Below are positions 62,877 to 64,000 of a stretch of 64,000 nucleotides of DNA, piece by piece. This DNA comes from Bdellovibrionales bacterium (lineage in GTDB: Bacteria; Bdellovibrionota; Bdellovibrionia; Bdellovibrionales; UBA1609). The translations under genes were made by a program, and so were the position numbers. The first letter of the stretch is position 1. The number at the start of each line of letters is the position of its first letter. A model generated the notes under the pieces. The model was not told the origin of the DNA and did no database searches. It saw nothing but the letters and a program-made list of their open reading frames with translations. Location of the stretch: the NCBI GenBank assembly GCA_965219095.1, contig OZ244719.1, positions 160,001 through 224,000 of the forward strand. The letters are read 5' to 3'.

Positions 62877-63142
62877 GGTAAATCAAAAAGACAGGTCACT
62901 GGTTTAAGCCATGATAGTGACCCTAAAGTACTTGCAGAAGGAGGTGAGCTTTTCGAGACAAATTCTAAACCCTTTAGCTGGCCTGGTTTTTAAGGCCTCA
63001 AAGGGTGTGTTTTCCCTTTTTTTTCGATTAAGCCTGTATTTTTGTGAAGGCTTACTCGAAAAAAAGGAAAAAGCAAAAAAAAGATGTAAAATAGGATTTC
63101 AAGACTTTATTTATAAATAAACCAACAAAGGAGGAAAATAAA

Positions 63143-63754
63143 ATGTATGATCACTATATAGCCGTAGATTGGGCACAAAGTAACATGGCCATTTCAAGGA
63201 TGACAGGCAAATCAAAAGATATTAAGACTATGGACACGATTTCAGATCTTGGGAATCTTCGTGCCTATTTAAAAACTCTGAAAGGTAAGAAGATATTGAC
63301 TATATGAAGCAGAGTTTAAGAGGCTAAGTAAAAAACACAAAGATATTAGCAATCTTAGTAGCATTCCAGGAATTGGTTCTATCAAGGCTATCAAGATTGT
63401 AGCCAGGGTTGTAGTGCCTCACCGATTTAAACGTAATTCCTGGTGGAGTGGACTGCGGACTTGTAAAGCTACATAAAATGAGTAGTGGAAGGTCTTATGG
63501 AACTAAGAAGTCTAGGTTTTGCCCACAAATGAAAAGTGTTTTTAAGATAGCTGCACTCTCAGTTATAGGAAATAACAATGAATTTAATGATTTTTATGAA
63601 GAATTGATCAAAAAAAATTTACCACCACACACTGCTAGAAATGCTACCAACTAGAAGAATTGCAGCTTTAACTTTAGGTGTTTTCAAGTCTGGGAAAAAA
63701 TATAAACCTTATGGAGAACGTAAAAATGTAAATAATAATAAAACAACCTTATAA
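63143..63754 (+). pseudogene. IS110-A transposase with internal deletion and frameshifts
   Basis: MYDHYIAVDWAQSNMAI (DEDD N-terminus) fused at about 63304 to LSSIPGIGSIKA...MSSGRSYG. Confidence 0.85.
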
Positions 63755-63770
63755 AATCATCTGTTTAAAG

Positions 63771-64000
63771 TTTCTTGCATAGTAAGTAACAATACAAATA
63801 ATGACTTTATGAGGTGAGGATAGATAGCTTAAGTAGAGTGATATTTATAAAAAATTCATTTCGACGAATAGCACATCCTCTATTCCTGAAATTTACTATA
63901 ATCTAAGGTTTTAAATCTTTGGAATTCATGATTTAAAACTAAAAAAGGTTCAGATAGACGCATAATAGGAATATGTTTTTTTTACAATGTGTAAAGGAAG
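63771..64000 (+). ncRNA. Putative IS110-A bridge RNA, uninterrupted copy (3' end beyond the window)
   Basis: Target loop 63816-63880 (TAGAGTG, TTTCGAC); donor loop 63881-63973 (ATTTAC, GATAGACG). Confidence 0.75.

Larger units (their letters stand above)
62877..64000 (+). mobile_element. IS110-A copy 2 (internally deleted; runs off the window end)
   Basis: Left end shared with 4198-4477; 63304-64000 shared with copy 1. Confidence 0.88.

Noticed and set aside
62911..63120. 69-aa ORF in the IS110-A left end
   Set aside because: No recognisable motif and it overlaps hairpins; the equivalent ATG is shifted in the copy at 4198-4477, so treated as non-coding
1..64000. tRNA, rRNA, reverse transcriptase, cas, TnpB/IscB or prophage genes
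   Set aside because: None recognised; the tnpB here is the IS66 accessory gene, not the RNA-guided nuclease

Overview
AT-rich bacterial chromosome segment; Bdellovibrionota/Oligoflexia-like by inference from gene content. Roughly 45% of the window (rough estimate) is intact, nested or decayed insertion sequence from the IS66 (3 types), IS630 (3+ types), IS1634 (3 types), IS3, ISL3, IS5, IS256 and IS110 (2 types) families. Between them lie housekeeping islands: psd, LysM/TPR, thiolase plus CoA-transferase, lspA-SBP-dacB-lytic transglycosylase, a DEDDh exonuclease, hpt, mraZ-rsmH-ftsL-ftsI-murF, phnDCE and lexA with a PaaE-like reductase. The main finding is an IS110/IS1111-type element whose 3' non-coding end reads as a two-loop bridge RNA. 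Its guide segments match its own end junction (donor) and a site, TAGAGTGTCGAAA, inside a co-resident IS630 element, and all three intact junctions lie in that IS630. Also notable: a HEPN/MNT toxin-antitoxin pair embedded in a type I RM locus with the antitoxin fused to HsdS; a 70-bp IS630-derived MITE seen at filled and empty sites; an IS66 that carries an IS630 left end as its leader; a transglutaminase-elicitor plus clostripain gene pair; and traces of an old tandem duplication. All family calls come from motif recognition by eye; no database searches were run.
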